Assembly: GCF_000012545.1 (NCBI RefSeq)
Contig: NC_007681.1
Location: 1,230,001 to 1,262,000, forward strand
DNA length: 32,000 nt
Origin: Methanosphaera stadtmanae DSM 3091
GTDB lineage: Archaea; Methanobacteriota; Methanobacteria; Methanobacteriales; Methanobacteriaceae
Direction of reading: 5' to 3'
Part shown: piece by piece, positions 7,566-16,848 of the stretch
How positions within the stretch are numbered: the first letter of the stretch is position 1
How the letters are laid out: every line of letters starts with the position of its first letter
Translations under genes and position numbers: made by a program
The notes under the pieces: generated by a model
The model's database searches: none
Seen by the model: the letters and a program-made list of their open reading frames with translations, nothing else
What the model was told of the DNA's origin: nothing

Positions 7566-9116
7566 ATGATGAATATGGAAAATAATGAAAAAAATAATAT
7601 AATTGGATATTGTACTGGTGAAACAAGCATGATGAAGGTATCTTTTGTATCTAAAAAACCAATAACAGTTGGTGAATATGTATACTTAGAATATAACAAT
7701 CAAATAATTATTGGAATGATAGAATCACTATTTAGAGGAACTAAATCATTAGATGAAGAAATTCTAAATCCAGATGCAATAGAAAAAATACTTACAATAA
7801 ATGGAGATATTGATGAATACATACGTGGAAATATAACAATACTTGGTGATGAAGATAATCTTGAAATACCAAAAACACCAGCAAAACCAGGAACAGAAGT
7901 TAAAAAAGCAGGTAAAGAAATACTAAAAAAAGTATTTGAAAAGGAAAATGCTATTAGAATTGGAACACTTGTATCAGAACCAGAAGTTCCTCTAAAACTT
8001 GATGTTAATAAAATGGTATCAAGACACCTTGCAATTCTTGCAATGACTGGAGCAGGTAAATCCAATGCAACATCAATTATTATTGACAGATTACTTGAAG
8101 TAAATGGTTCCATACTTATATTTGATATGCATGGAGAATATGAAAAAACAAAGTTTACAAATGGAGAAAGTCATATTATAGAACCTCTTATCAACCCAAG
8201 GGACTTATCAATTCATGAATATAAAAAATTATCAAAAATTGGTGAAAATGCAACAAATCAAGAAAGATATCTAAGAGAAGCATATGATTTCGCTGATGAA
8301 AAGATAAAAGAGGGCGAATGTACAGATTTTATTACAACTATGAGACATGAGATAAAAAACTTAATTGAGGATGCTGAATCTGATGATAGTAACATGAAAA
8401 AATATATTGATGCAATGTATCAGGTGGATTTTAAATTAGATGATCTTAGAAAAAAATATGGAAAAATATTAGAATCTACAGATGTATGTGATATAGTATC
8501 GAATATTGAACCTGGAAAGGTAAATATCATTAATTTAAGTAGTGTGGATGAAATTGGAACAGACATCATAGTACATCATACCCTAAAAAATGTATTAAAT
8601 AGACGAAAACTGGTTTTAAATGGAAAAGAAGAAAAAAAATCCAAAAGATTAGATTTTCCCCTATTTTGTATAATAGAAGAAGCACACATGCTAGTTTCAC
8701 AAAAACTACCTACTAAATCAAAGAGTATTATTGGACAAATTGCAAGGGAAGGTCGTAAATTTGGTGTAGGATTATGTCTTATAAGTCAAAGTCCAAAATC
8801 ATTAGATGTTGATGCTCTCTCACAAATAAATAACAGGATAATTCTAAGACTTGTGGAACCTGGAGACCAAAAGCATGTGCAAAAAAGTAGTGAAAATTTA
8901 AGTGAAGATCTACTAAAACAACTTCCTTCATTAAATATTGGGGAAGCTATTGTTTTAGGACAAATGACTAAGATTCCAACAATGGTAAAAATAGATAAAT
9001 TTGAGGGTAAAACTGTTGGTGAAGACCTAGATATATTATCATTATGGAAGAAAAGTAAAGAAGAAAAAGAAGAAAAAATTAAAAGAGATTTAGCTCAAAT
9101 GGATGAATTCCTTTAA
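7566..9116 (+). CDS. herA: HerA bipolar DNA helicase/translocase (FtsK-HerA superfamily ATPase)
   Basis: 516 aa. Walker A AMTGAGKSNA, Walker B LFCIIEEAH, and SQSPKSLD..INNRIILRL typical of HerA. Three ATGs lie at 7566, 7569 and 7575, so the true start may be 7575. Confidence 0.9.
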   Translation: MMNMENNEKNNIIGYCTGETSMMKVSFVSKKPITVGEYVYLEYNNQIIIGMIESLFRGTKSLDEEILNPDAIEKILTINGDIDEYIRGNITILGDEDNLEIPKTPAKPGTEVKKAGKEILKKVFEKENAIRIGTLVSEPEVPLKLDVNKMVSRHLAILAMTGAGKSNATSIIIDRLLEVNGSILIFDMHGEYEKTKFTNGESHIIEPLINPRDLSIHEYKKLSKIGENATNQERYLREAYDFADEKIKEGECTDFITTMRHEIKNLIEDAESDDSNMKKYIDAMYQVDFKLDDLRKKYGKILESTDVCDIVSNIEPGKVNIINLSSVDEIGTDIIVHHTLKNVLNRRKLVLNGKEEKKSKRLDFPLFCIIEEAHMLVSQKLPTKSKSIIGQIAREGRKFGVGLCLISQSPKSLDVDALSQINNRIILRLVEPGDQKHVQKSSENLSEDLLKQLPSLNIGEAIVLGQMTKIPTMVKIDKFEGKTVGEDLDILSLWKKSKEEKEEKIKRDLAQMDEFL

Positions 9117-9124
9117 AAAAATAG

Positions 9125-10312
9125 ATGAATATGACAATTAAAATAGCACACATGGCAGATACACATTTAGGTTACAAACAATACGGCTTAAATGAACGAG
9201 AAAATGATTTTTATAAAACATTTGAAAAAATTATTGATGATATAATTAGTAAAGATGTGGATTATGTTCTACATGCAGGAGATTTATTTGAACATCCAAA
9301 ACCTCCAATTAAAGCATTACTTGTTGCCCAAAAAGGATTTGAGAAGTTATTAGAAAATAATATTCCCATATTTGTTATTGCAGGAAATCATGATTCTATA
9401 CAAAGAAAAAACACATCCATTCCCCAGGAATTATATAAAAATGAAAACTTCCATATTATTAATCATAAAAATTATAATTTCACATTAGATGAGGATATAT
9501 TTTTAGTAGGACTTGAATACTTTAATAGAAGTTATGAGGGAGTAGAACCTTTTCTTAAAAATACATTAGATGAAGCTAAAAAACATAGAATAAAGTTATT
9601 GATGTTACATGGTTCTGTTAGTAAATATTTTGATTTTGAACCAGAATTTGAATTAAAAACTATTCCTGAAGGATATGATTACTATGCAATGGGACATCTA
9701 CATGGACGTATAAATGATAAATTTAAGGGTGGAATATTATCATATCCAGGGTCTACTGAAATTAGAACTAAATCTGAGATACCGAATTACCAAAAAAATG
9801 GTAAAGGATACAATCTTGTTACAATAGGTGATGATAATAAAATAGATGTTGAATTTATTAACATACCACTTGAGAGGAAATTTATTATTAAAAGTATAGA
9901 ATATCCTAAGTTAGATGAAACACTCAATAAATTAAGTGAAAAATTAGAAAGTATGGATAGTTCTAAAAAACCAGTAGTTTATTTAACTATTAAAAATGGT
10001 AACTTTGAAAGAAGTGAAGTTGCACAACAAATCTATGATAAATTAGAAGAAAAAGTTCTAACTCTCAGAATAAAATATGAACCTACCCAAGTAATAGAAA
10101 ACCTACCTGAAACTATTGATAAAGAGAATATAACACCAGAAAATATTATAAAAGAAAAAATAGAAGACCAATTTAATGAAGATGTTGCATCACTAGCAGT
10201 AGAATTATATAAAAACTTATCTGAAAAAAATATTCCAGAAGCTCAAAATGTTGCTGATAAATATTATAATAAATTCTATAATAACATAGGAGAAGAACAT
10301 GATAATAAATAA
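9125..10312 (+). CDS. mre11: Mre11 DNA double-strand-break repair nuclease (calcineurin-like phosphoesterase)
   Basis: 395 aa. Phosphoesterase motifs I-V: AHMADTHLG, HAGDLF, AGNHD, MLHG, GHLH. The start may be the second ATG at 9131. The 3' end overlaps rad50 by 14 nt. Confidence 0.93.
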   Translation: MNMTIKIAHMADTHLGYKQYGLNERENDFYKTFEKIIDDIISKDVDYVLHAGDLFEHPKPPIKALLVAQKGFEKLLENNIPIFVIAGNHDSIQRKNTSIPQELYKNENFHIINHKNYNFTLDEDIFLVGLEYFNRSYEGVEPFLKNTLDEAKKHRIKLLMLHGSVSKYFDFEPEFELKTIPEGYDYYAMGHLHGRINDKFKGGILSYPGSTEIRTKSEIPNYQKNGKGYNLVTIGDDNKIDVEFINIPLERKFIIKSIEYPKLDETLNKLSEKLESMDSSKKPVVYLTIKNGNFERSEVAQQIYDKLEEKVLTLRIKYEPTQVIENLPETIDKENITPENIIKEKIEDQFNEDVASLAVELYKNLSEKNIPEAQNVADKYYNKFYNNIGEEHDNK

Positions 10313-13007
10313 CATAGAATTAACAAATTTTAAGTCACATAAATCCACAAAAATAGAATTTAAGAAGGGAATTTCATTAATACTCGGAGAAAATGGTGCT
10401 GGAAAATCAAGTATTCTTGAAGCAATAAGTTATGCTTTTTTCAAACAAGTAAATGGTAAACTTGAAGAAAATATTCGTAAACCTCAAAATAGAAAAGATA
10501 TTGTAGATAAAATGGAGGTGTGTGTTCAATTTCAACATAATGGTCGTCTATATAAGATAGCTCGTGGAAGAAACAAGAGTAAGAGTGTTGCTAAATTAGA
10601 ATTATTAGATAAAAATGGAATACATCTCCTAAGTAAAGGAGATAGAAATGTTACAAATGATATTGAAAGTATTCTAGAAATGGATTCAAAATCATTCTTA
10701 AATGCAATCTATATAAGACAAGGGGAAATAACAAACTTAATTGAAAAAACTGCTGCAGAGAGAAAGGAACTTATTACAAAACTATTGAATATTGATTCAT
10801 TAGAAGTAGCATGGGATGAAATAAAAAATATTATAAATATTTATGAAACACAAAAAAATGTTAATGAAGGAAAACTTGCTAATATCAATGAAATAAGAGA
10901 AAAAAATACTGAATTACTTCAAAATATTAGTGAAAAAGAAAGACAAATCAAAGAATATGAAACTGAAATTAACACAAAAAAATCCCAGTTAACCATTATT
11001 GAGGAAGATATTAAAAAAGAGGATATTATCAAGAACAAACATGAAAAATTAACTAATGATTATCAATTTAAGAAAGAAGAATCAAATCATTTGGAAGACC
11101 TTGAAAATAAATACACATATGAACTTAATGAAATTAACAAAAACAAAGAAAAAATAAGAATATTAGAAAAAGAAATTAGTCCACTTAATAAATTAAGAGA
11201 AATAAAAGATCTTAAAACAAAAATAAATTCTTATAAGAAAGATTCATTGAATAAAGAAAATATTATTCGTGAAATAAATGAAAATAAAGGAATTATTATA
11301 GATAATAAAGAAAATTATGAGAAATATATTCAGTTAAAGAAAGAAAAAGAGGATATTTCCAAAGAATTAGAGAAATTAACAGAAAAAAAATTGAAAGAAA
11401 TGGAAGTTGAAAGTGAAATAAAACACTTAACAGACCAAGTTAATATATTATATTATAAAATCAATCAAATTTCAGAGAAAGCCCGTAAACTATTTAAAAA
11501 GAATATTAATAATCCTATAGATATTCAAAAAATTACTATTAGAGAAAAAACAAAAACTGGAGAATTAATAAAAATATTAGAAAAGAAGATTCTTAAGAAA
11601 AAAAAAGAAATCAGTGTCTGTGAAACTGAACTTAATAGTACTAAAAAATCCCTCGAAGATCTTGAAAAAACTGAGGATATTTGTCCAATTTGTCAATCAG
11701 AAATTAGTCATGATAAACATGCAGAACTTTCTGATAAATATAAAAATACTATTGTGACTTATGAATTAAGAATAGAAGAACTTAGCAAAGCAAATAACAA
11801 TCAGGAAATAGAACTTCAAGAATTAAAGGAATATGAACAAAATATAAATGATATTAATATTCAAAAATTAAAAGAAGAACATGCTGAATATACACAACTT
11901 TGTGATACCATACATGAGAAAAAGAAATTAAAACCTATTATTGAAGAAACAAAAGCTAAGATAGAAGAAATTAAAAATAAAGAAAATGATTGTAATCAGT
12001 CAATTGAATCTCTTGAAGAAGATTATAATAAATATAACTTTGCAAAAATTAGATTAAATCAACTGCCACAAGTAGATGAAGCTAATAAAGAAAAAGAGAT
12101 TATTGATAATAAAATCAGTGAAAATACCCTGAAAATTAAGAAAATTTCACAAACAGTACGTATTGGTGATGATATTGAAAGAAAAATAAAATATCTTGAA
12201 AAAAAACAGAATGACTATAATCAATTAATTGGTACTGTTTTAAATGAAGAGAAAATAATTCAGGAAAAAGAAGAAACTACAACTAAAATACATAAAGTTA
12301 AATTGGAACTTTCAAATATTAAAAGTCAAATTAATGAATTATCATTTGACTATGAAAAATATGAAAAAATAAATAATAAATACACACTATGTCAAGAAAA
12401 TATTGAAAGTATTAGTAGAAATTATATTGTCAAAAAAACAGAACTTAAAAAAGACAAACAACAACAAGAAAAATATGTTGAAGAAATAAAAAATCTTAAA
12501 GAAATAGAAAAACAACAAGTTCATATTGGAGATTATATTCAACTACTAAATGAGATTAGAAGTACATATAGTAAAGATGGAGTTCAAAAAGATCTAAGAA
12601 ATATAGTACGTCCAGAAATTGAAAAAAATACCATGGATATATTTAGTGAATTTGGATTTGATTATTCAGCTATAAATCTAGATGAAGACTATAATTTAAT
12701 AGTACAAACAAGACAAGAACAAATAGATTTAAATATGCTTAGTGGTGGAGAAAAAATAGTTATTGCACTGGCATTAAGACTTGGAATTGCAAAGGCCATA
12801 TCTAAAAATAAGATGGAATTACTAGTTTTAGATGAACCTACAATTCATCTGGATAGTGAACGTAGAACAGAATTAATTGATATTATTCGTAAAATTAATG
12901 TTGTTCCTCAAATGATTGTTGTTAGTCATGATGAAGAAATGGAAGCATTATCTACAAATATTATAAAAATCTCAAAAAATAATGGAATATCAACATGTAA
13001 CAGTTAA
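10299..13007 (+). CDS. rad50: Rad50 SMC-like ATPase
   Basis: 902 aa. Walker A GENGAGKSS, long K/E-rich coiled coil, central zinc hook CPICQ, signature LSGGE, Walker B LLVLDEPT, and VVSHD. Confidence 0.95.
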   Translation: MIINNIELTNFKSHKSTKIEFKKGISLILGENGAGKSSILEAISYAFFKQVNGKLEENIRKPQNRKDIVDKMEVCVQFQHNGRLYKIARGRNKSKSVAKLELLDKNGIHLLSKGDRNVTNDIESILEMDSKSFLNAIYIRQGEITNLIEKTAAERKELITKLLNIDSLEVAWDEIKNIINIYETQKNVNEGKLANINEIREKNTELLQNISEKERQIKEYETEINTKKSQLTIIEEDIKKEDIIKNKHEKLTNDYQFKKEESNHLEDLENKYTYELNEINKNKEKIRILEKEISPLNKLREIKDLKTKINSYKKDSLNKENIIREINENKGIIIDNKENYEKYIQLKKEKEDISKELEKLTEKKLKEMEVESEIKHLTDQVNILYYKINQISEKARKLFKKNINNPIDIQKITIREKTKTGELIKILEKKILKKKKEISVCETELNSTKKSLEDLEKTEDICPICQSEISHDKHAELSDKYKNTIVTYELRIEELSKANNNQEIELQELKEYEQNINDINIQKLKEEHAEYTQLCDTIHEKKKLKPIIEETKAKIEEIKNKENDCNQSIESLEEDYNKYNFAKIRLNQLPQVDEANKEKEIIDNKISENTLKIKKISQTVRIGDDIERKIKYLEKKQNDYNQLIGTVLNEEKIIQEKEETTTKIHKVKLELSNIKSQINELSFDYEKYEKINNKYTLCQENIESISRNYIVKKTELKKDKQQQEKYVEEIKNLKEIEKQQVHIGDYIQLLNEIRSTYSKDGVQKDLRNIVRPEIEKNTMDIFSEFGFDYSAINLDEDYNLIVQTRQEQIDLNMLSGGEKIVIALALRLGIAKAISKNKMELLVLDEPTIHLDSERRTELIDIIRKINVVPQMIVVSHDEEMEALSTNIIKISKNNGISTCNS

Positions 13008-13024
13008 GAAAATATTTTTCTTAA
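13004..13024 (+). terminator. AT-rich hairpin overlapping the rad50 stop codon, followed by T-rich sequence (weak terminator candidate)
   Basis: TTAAGAAAA-TAT-TTTTCTTAA forms a perfect 9-bp stem with a 3-nt loop. It contains only one G:C pair, so it is thermodynamically weak. Archaeal termination usually relies on oligo-T tracts, which follow. Confidence 0.25.
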
Positions 13025-13201
13025 TTTAGATATTTCATATAATATCTCTTTTTAAAAATAGAATTTTAATAAAAAAAGTAATAGATTTGTTTCAAAAAAA
13101 TGAAACAAATATGGTAAAAGTAATAAATACCCTTTATTTATCATTTATCCCTTACCATATTCTCATACCTTACTAAAAAAAGAAGGAGAATACGAAACAA
13201 C

Positions 13202-14854
13202 TTACATTATGTCGTATTTTTGAAGTAATAAGAATTCATCTGTGGTTAATTTTTTACCATCTTTGAATTTTTGGAAGATTTCTTCAGCTTCTTCTTTTTC
13301 TTTTAAGTCATTATCAGCTTTATCTTCAGATTTTCTTCCTCTAGATTGAGATTTAGCTTGATCCATGAATTTGTTAACTTTTCTAATTTCAGATAATTTT
13401 GCTTTAACTTCTTCATGTTTTGCTGTTGCTGCATTTCTAGAGTTAATGAAATCTTGGTGTTTACCATCAGCTTCTTCTCTTATACCATCGATTTTGTTGA
13501 AGTATTCTATCATTTCTTCGTGAACTGCTTGTGCTTTATCAGATAATTCTACTACTTTTTGGTGGTATAATTCTGATTTTTCTTTTAGTTGTGTTGCAGT
13601 TTTTTCTTCTTCTTCATCACTTTGGATTTTCTTAAGCTGTTTGGTTAGGTCTGATACTCTTTTTACGAGTTCATTTTCTTTTCTAATATCTAATACTTTT
13701 GTTTGTATTGTTTTATCGATTTTATTGATTTCAGCTTGTATATTTGAAATTTCTTTTTTACCAGAATTCCATTCTACTTTTTTAAGTTCTTCATTACATT
13801 GGTTTCTGAGTTCTTTGTTTTCATGAACTTCTTTGTTGATTTCATCTCTGGTATTTCTTTTATCTAAAGCAATTTTTAAAGTGTCTTTGAGTTTTTGGTT
13901 AAGTTCATCTCTTTCTTTTCTGAATGCTTTAGTTTCTTCATTCATTTTATCTCTTACATTTTTAAGATCTGTAAGCTCAGATTCTAATGTTCTTTTACAT
14001 TGAAGTAATTGTTGGAAGTTGAGTATTGAATAATCAATTGTTTCTTCTTCAGCTTCATCATTTTCTACTACTTCTTCTTCATTTACTTCTTCTGTTTCTT
14101 TTACTTCTTCTTCAGTAGTGATTGTTTCTGGTTCTTGTGTTGTTTCTTCTACTACTTCTTCTTTAGTAATTTTTTCTTCATCTGCCATTATATCAAGTAC
14201 CTTCCTTAGGTCTTTTTCATTAATTTGAACATCAGCGTTTTCTTTTAAAATTGGTTTTGCATTGTATGCTATTCCTATTTTAGCATTTTTTATCATTTCA
14301 AGATCATTTGCCCCATCACCAATAGTAGCACATTCATCTAAAGTTATGCCTATTTCATCAACTAATTGTCTTAGAACATCAACTTTATTCTGTGTTATAA
14401 GAGGCCCAGATACTTCTCCAGTGAGTTTACCATCGTCAACTTCAAGTGTATTATAAAATGCATAATCTGCATTTATTAATTCTTTAACTTTTAAAGCTAT
14501 GACATCAAAACTACCAGTGATTATTGCAATTTTATATCCTTGTTTTTTAAGTTCTGTAGCTGTTTCTACAGCTCCAGGATTTAAGGATATTTTATCCATA
14601 GCTTCATCAATATCAGATGTGCTTATACCTTCTAGTTTTTTTACTCTTTGCCGTATTGATGTTTCAAAAGGAATTTTTCCTTGCATTGCTTGTAGTGTTA
14701 TGTCACTTATTTCTTCTTCAATACCTTTTATTTTTGCTATTTCATCTATTGTTTCTGTGTCTATTAAGACATTATCTAGATCAAATACTACCAATTTAAT
14801 CAAAAGATCACCGATATTTTTAATAAAATAACCAAGAATGATTATGTCGTTCAA
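13202..14854 (-). CDS. serB: Phosphoserine phosphatase-like HAD hydrolase fused to an acidic linker and a roughly 265-aa coiled-coil domain
   Basis: HAD motifs: I VVFDLDNVL, II IAIITGSF, III K...GDGANDLEMIKNA. These are followed by an E/T/V-rich linker (aa ~226-285) and a heptad-rich K/E/Q/N region to the C-terminus (..EEAEEIFQKFKDGKKLTTDEFLLLQKYDIM). The track start is TTG 14854. TTG at 14803, preceded by GGTGAT, would put motif I at the very N-terminus and may be the real start. Confidence 0.85.
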   Translation of the reverse strand: MNDIIILGYFIKNIGDLLIKLVVFDLDNVLIDTETIDEIAKIKGIEEEISDITLQAMQGKIPFETSIRQRVKKLEGISTSDIDEAMDKISLNPGAVETATELKKQGYKIAIITGSFDVIALKVKELINADYAFYNTLEVDDGKLTGEVSGPLITQNKVDVLRQLVDEIGITLDECATIGDGANDLEMIKNAKIGIAYNAKPILKENADVQINEKDLRKVLDIMADEEKITKEEVVEETTQEPETITTEEEVKETEEVNEEEVVENDEAEEETIDYSILNFQQLLQCKRTLESELTDLKNVRDKMNEETKAFRKERDELNQKLKDTLKIALDKRNTRDEINKEVHENKELRNQCNEELKKVEWNSGKKEISNIQAEINKIDKTIQTKVLDIRKENELVKRVSDLTKQLKKIQSDEEEEKTATQLKEKSELYHQKVVELSDKAQAVHEEMIEYFNKIDGIREEADGKHQDFINSRNAATAKHEEVKAKLSEIRKVNKFMDQAKSQSRGRKSEDKADNDLKEKEEAEEIFQKFKDGKKLTTDEFLLLQKYDIM

Positions 14855-15020
14855 GAATTTTTTTATTCTCAGTTAATATATTTATTCTTTATAATAATTC
14901 TATTTTGCCCTTTTTTTCATTCTGGAATTTTATTAATGTTAAGGGAGTTTAGGAGTGGTGGTTATTATTTGGAGTATAAATAAATTATCTCATTTAATAT
15001 TGGATTCATTTATAGTAAAT

Positions 15021-15572
15021 TTACTCTTCAATTAAATATAATTCAATTAAGCGTTCTTTAGTTTTTTGAACACCCAATAATGCTTGATCTGCTGTTTTTG
15101 CTCCAGTACATACTACTTTACCTGAACCAAATAATAACAGTACAACTTTTGGATCTGAAAGTCTGTATACTAAACCAGGGAATTGTTCTGGTTCATATTC
15201 AGTATTTTCTAAATCTAATGCTACTGCTTCTAGATTTAGAACTTTACCTAAGTTTGCTGATGCAACTATATTTTGAATTTTAATTTCAAATTCTTCAGGT
15301 ATTTCTGTATCCAATTCTCGAATTTTATCAACTGTCATGTGAATTGCTTTTATTGAATCTTCTATGCACTTTGCCCCAGTACATACTAATTTACCAGAAC
15401 CAAATATTAAAGCTGCAGTTTTAGGGTCTTTAAGTTTAAATACCAATCCAGGGAATTGTTCTAAGTTGTATTCAACATTTTCTAAAGCTGGTGCAATTTT
15501 TGGTAATTCTAATGATTTACCTAATGTTGCTGATGCTACAATGTTTTCAACTTTTATTTCTACATCTGACAT
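15021..15572 (-). CDS. tbp: TATA-box binding protein
   Basis: 183 aa. Two internal repeats (NIVASATLGK...LIFGSGKLVCTGAK and NIVASANLGK...LLFGSGKVVCTGAK) and an acidic C-terminal tail. SD GGAGGAG lies 5 nt upstream of the ATG. Confidence 0.97.
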   Translation of the reverse strand: MSDVEIKVENIVASATLGKSLELPKIAPALENVEYNLEQFPGLVFKLKDPKTAALIFGSGKLVCTGAKCIEDSIKAIHMTVDKIRELDTEIPEEFEIKIQNIVASANLGKVLNLEAVALDLENTEYEPEQFPGLVYRLSDPKVVLLLFGSGKVVCTGAKTADQALLGVQKTKERLIELYLIEE

Positions 15573-15642
15573 TATTTCTCCTCCATTTTATAGTGATAAA
15601 AAAAATTTAGCATTAATCTAAATAATTAAATAAAGAAAGATT

Positions 15643-15747
15643 AGTCTACTTTGACTTACTCCCCAACCTGTAGAAGTCTGAGATTTTCAGGTAATAAACT
15701 ACTAATGTAGTTTAGATTAATTGAGCTATCTCCCAAAGTCCATGGAT
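15643..15747 (-). repeat. Copy B of the conserved intergenic element, on the minus strand upstream of tbp
   Basis: The reverse complement reads ..CCATGGACTTTGGGAGATAGCTCAATTAATCTAAACTACATTAGTAGTTTATTACCTGAAAATCTCAGACTTCTACAGGTTGGGGAGTAAGTCAAAGTAGACTAA and aligns with 1403..1497. It has the same hairpin (TAAACTAC/GTAGTTTA, 8 bp) with a different loop sequence. It ends about 70 nt before the tbp ATG. Confidence 0.7.
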
Positions 15748-16153
15748 TTATTTTTAACAATAATCCACTTTTTCAGGCCTTGATTATTTTTTAAATCACA
15801 TTGAGTGTTACAAATGATTTATTCTAAGTAATTATTTCTTTTGTCTAATTCATTCATGACCTATTGGAAACTAGAGTATTCTTAGATTAGAAAGATAAAT
15901 ATGTAATTATCAACAATAACATAAATATTTATATAAAAATTATTTCTTAGAATTATAATCCATTTTTTGGGGTTTAAGAAACTATTCAACAATCACTCTT
16001 CTAAATTTTTTTATTAGTACCAATATTTAAAAAAATACTAAATAACATATTATGTATTTATATATGTTTCCTTTTAGTTTATAAATATACCTATTAAAAT
16101 CTATAAAAAAAATAAAAAAGATAATATCATAAAGTAATAATTATAGTGATAGT

Positions 16154-16696
16154 ATGATTGAAGTAGAAATGAAAGCTAAAATAAATAATAATAAAGAAGC
16201 TTTTGAAAAAATTAAAGAAATTGGTGGAGAATACTCCCATACCGAAAAACAACATGACATATATTTTAATGCTCCAAATAAGGATTATAAAGAAACTGAT
16301 GAAGCTTTACGTATAAGAGAAATCCCTCGTGATGATGACTTTGAACGTATATTAACATATAAAGGACCAAAACTAGATTCAAAAAGTAAAACTAGAAAAG
16401 AAGTAGAAGTTAATATAGATGATACTGATAATATGGTTGAAATTCTTAAAAGTCTTGGATTTAAACCATCCGCAGTTGTAAATAAAATAAGAAGAATATT
16501 CAACTATGATAAATACACAATCACTATTGATAAATTAAATAGACTTGGATATTATATGGAAATTGAATATGTTGCAAATAAGGATGAAGATATTGAAGAA
16601 ATTAGAAATAACATTATAAAAGTATTTGAAAAACTAGAAATAACTTCAGGCTTTGAACGTACATCATATCTAGAATTACTTGAACAAAAAGAATAA
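16154..16696 (+). CDS. CYTH-domain protein (class IV adenylyl cyclase CyaB / triphosphate tunnel metalloenzyme family)
   Basis: 180 aa. N-terminal EVExK signature (MIEVEMKAKI), later basic/acidic tunnel residues (LRIRE, KTRKEVEV, YMEIEY), and a size typical of CYTH. Confidence 0.85.
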   Translation: MIEVEMKAKINNNKEAFEKIKEIGGEYSHTEKQHDIYFNAPNKDYKETDEALRIREIPRDDDFERILTYKGPKLDSKSKTRKEVEVNIDDTDNMVEILKSLGFKPSAVVNKIRRIFNYDKYTITIDKLNRLGYYMEIEYVANKDEDIEEIRNNIIKVFEKLEITSGFERTSYLELLEQKE

Positions 16697-16848
16697 AAAA
16701 TATTAATAAAAAAATAAATATAAGACTATATAACTTAGATAAATAAATAAAGTAAATGTTTTTTTTGAATACTAAAATAAATAATCTTTAGTAATAAATA
16801 CCAAAATCCCAAATTATGGATATTTATAGATAAAAAGGGGGAGATTAT

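Noticed and set aside
7700-8113. Track ORFs lying antisense to, or in an alternative frame of, strongly supported genes. Examples: 7700..8113 in herA, 2074..2271, 3300..3500, 3926..4183, 4607..4927, 13641..13826, 14262..14831, 15080..15621, 16285..16503, 17210..17912, 18064..18427, 20415..21075, 21546..21860, 22908..23090, 24666..27908, 28532..28918, 29100..29303, 29493..29744.
   Set aside because: Each overlaps a gene that has clear family motifs. Their translations are low-complexity (L/I/F/S-rich) sequence typical of a shadow or alternative frame of AT-rich coding DNA. None has a convincing SD or a recognisable motif.
6398-9116. NurA-HerA pair as a stand-alone anti-phage defence module
   Set aside because: The pair is in the same compact operon as canonical mre11 and rad50, which is the housekeeping archaeal DSB-resection arrangement. 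No defence-associated effector domains are fused.
16816-16833. In-frame ATG (16816) five codons upstream of the TAA that opens the synthase frame (MDIYR*), raising the possibility of stop-codon readthrough
   Set aside because: This ATG has no SD, whereas the strong SD lies downstream of the stop. The extra residues would extend the protein beyond the N-terminus I recall for homologues. A chance ATG in AT-rich DNA is more likely than TAA recoding.
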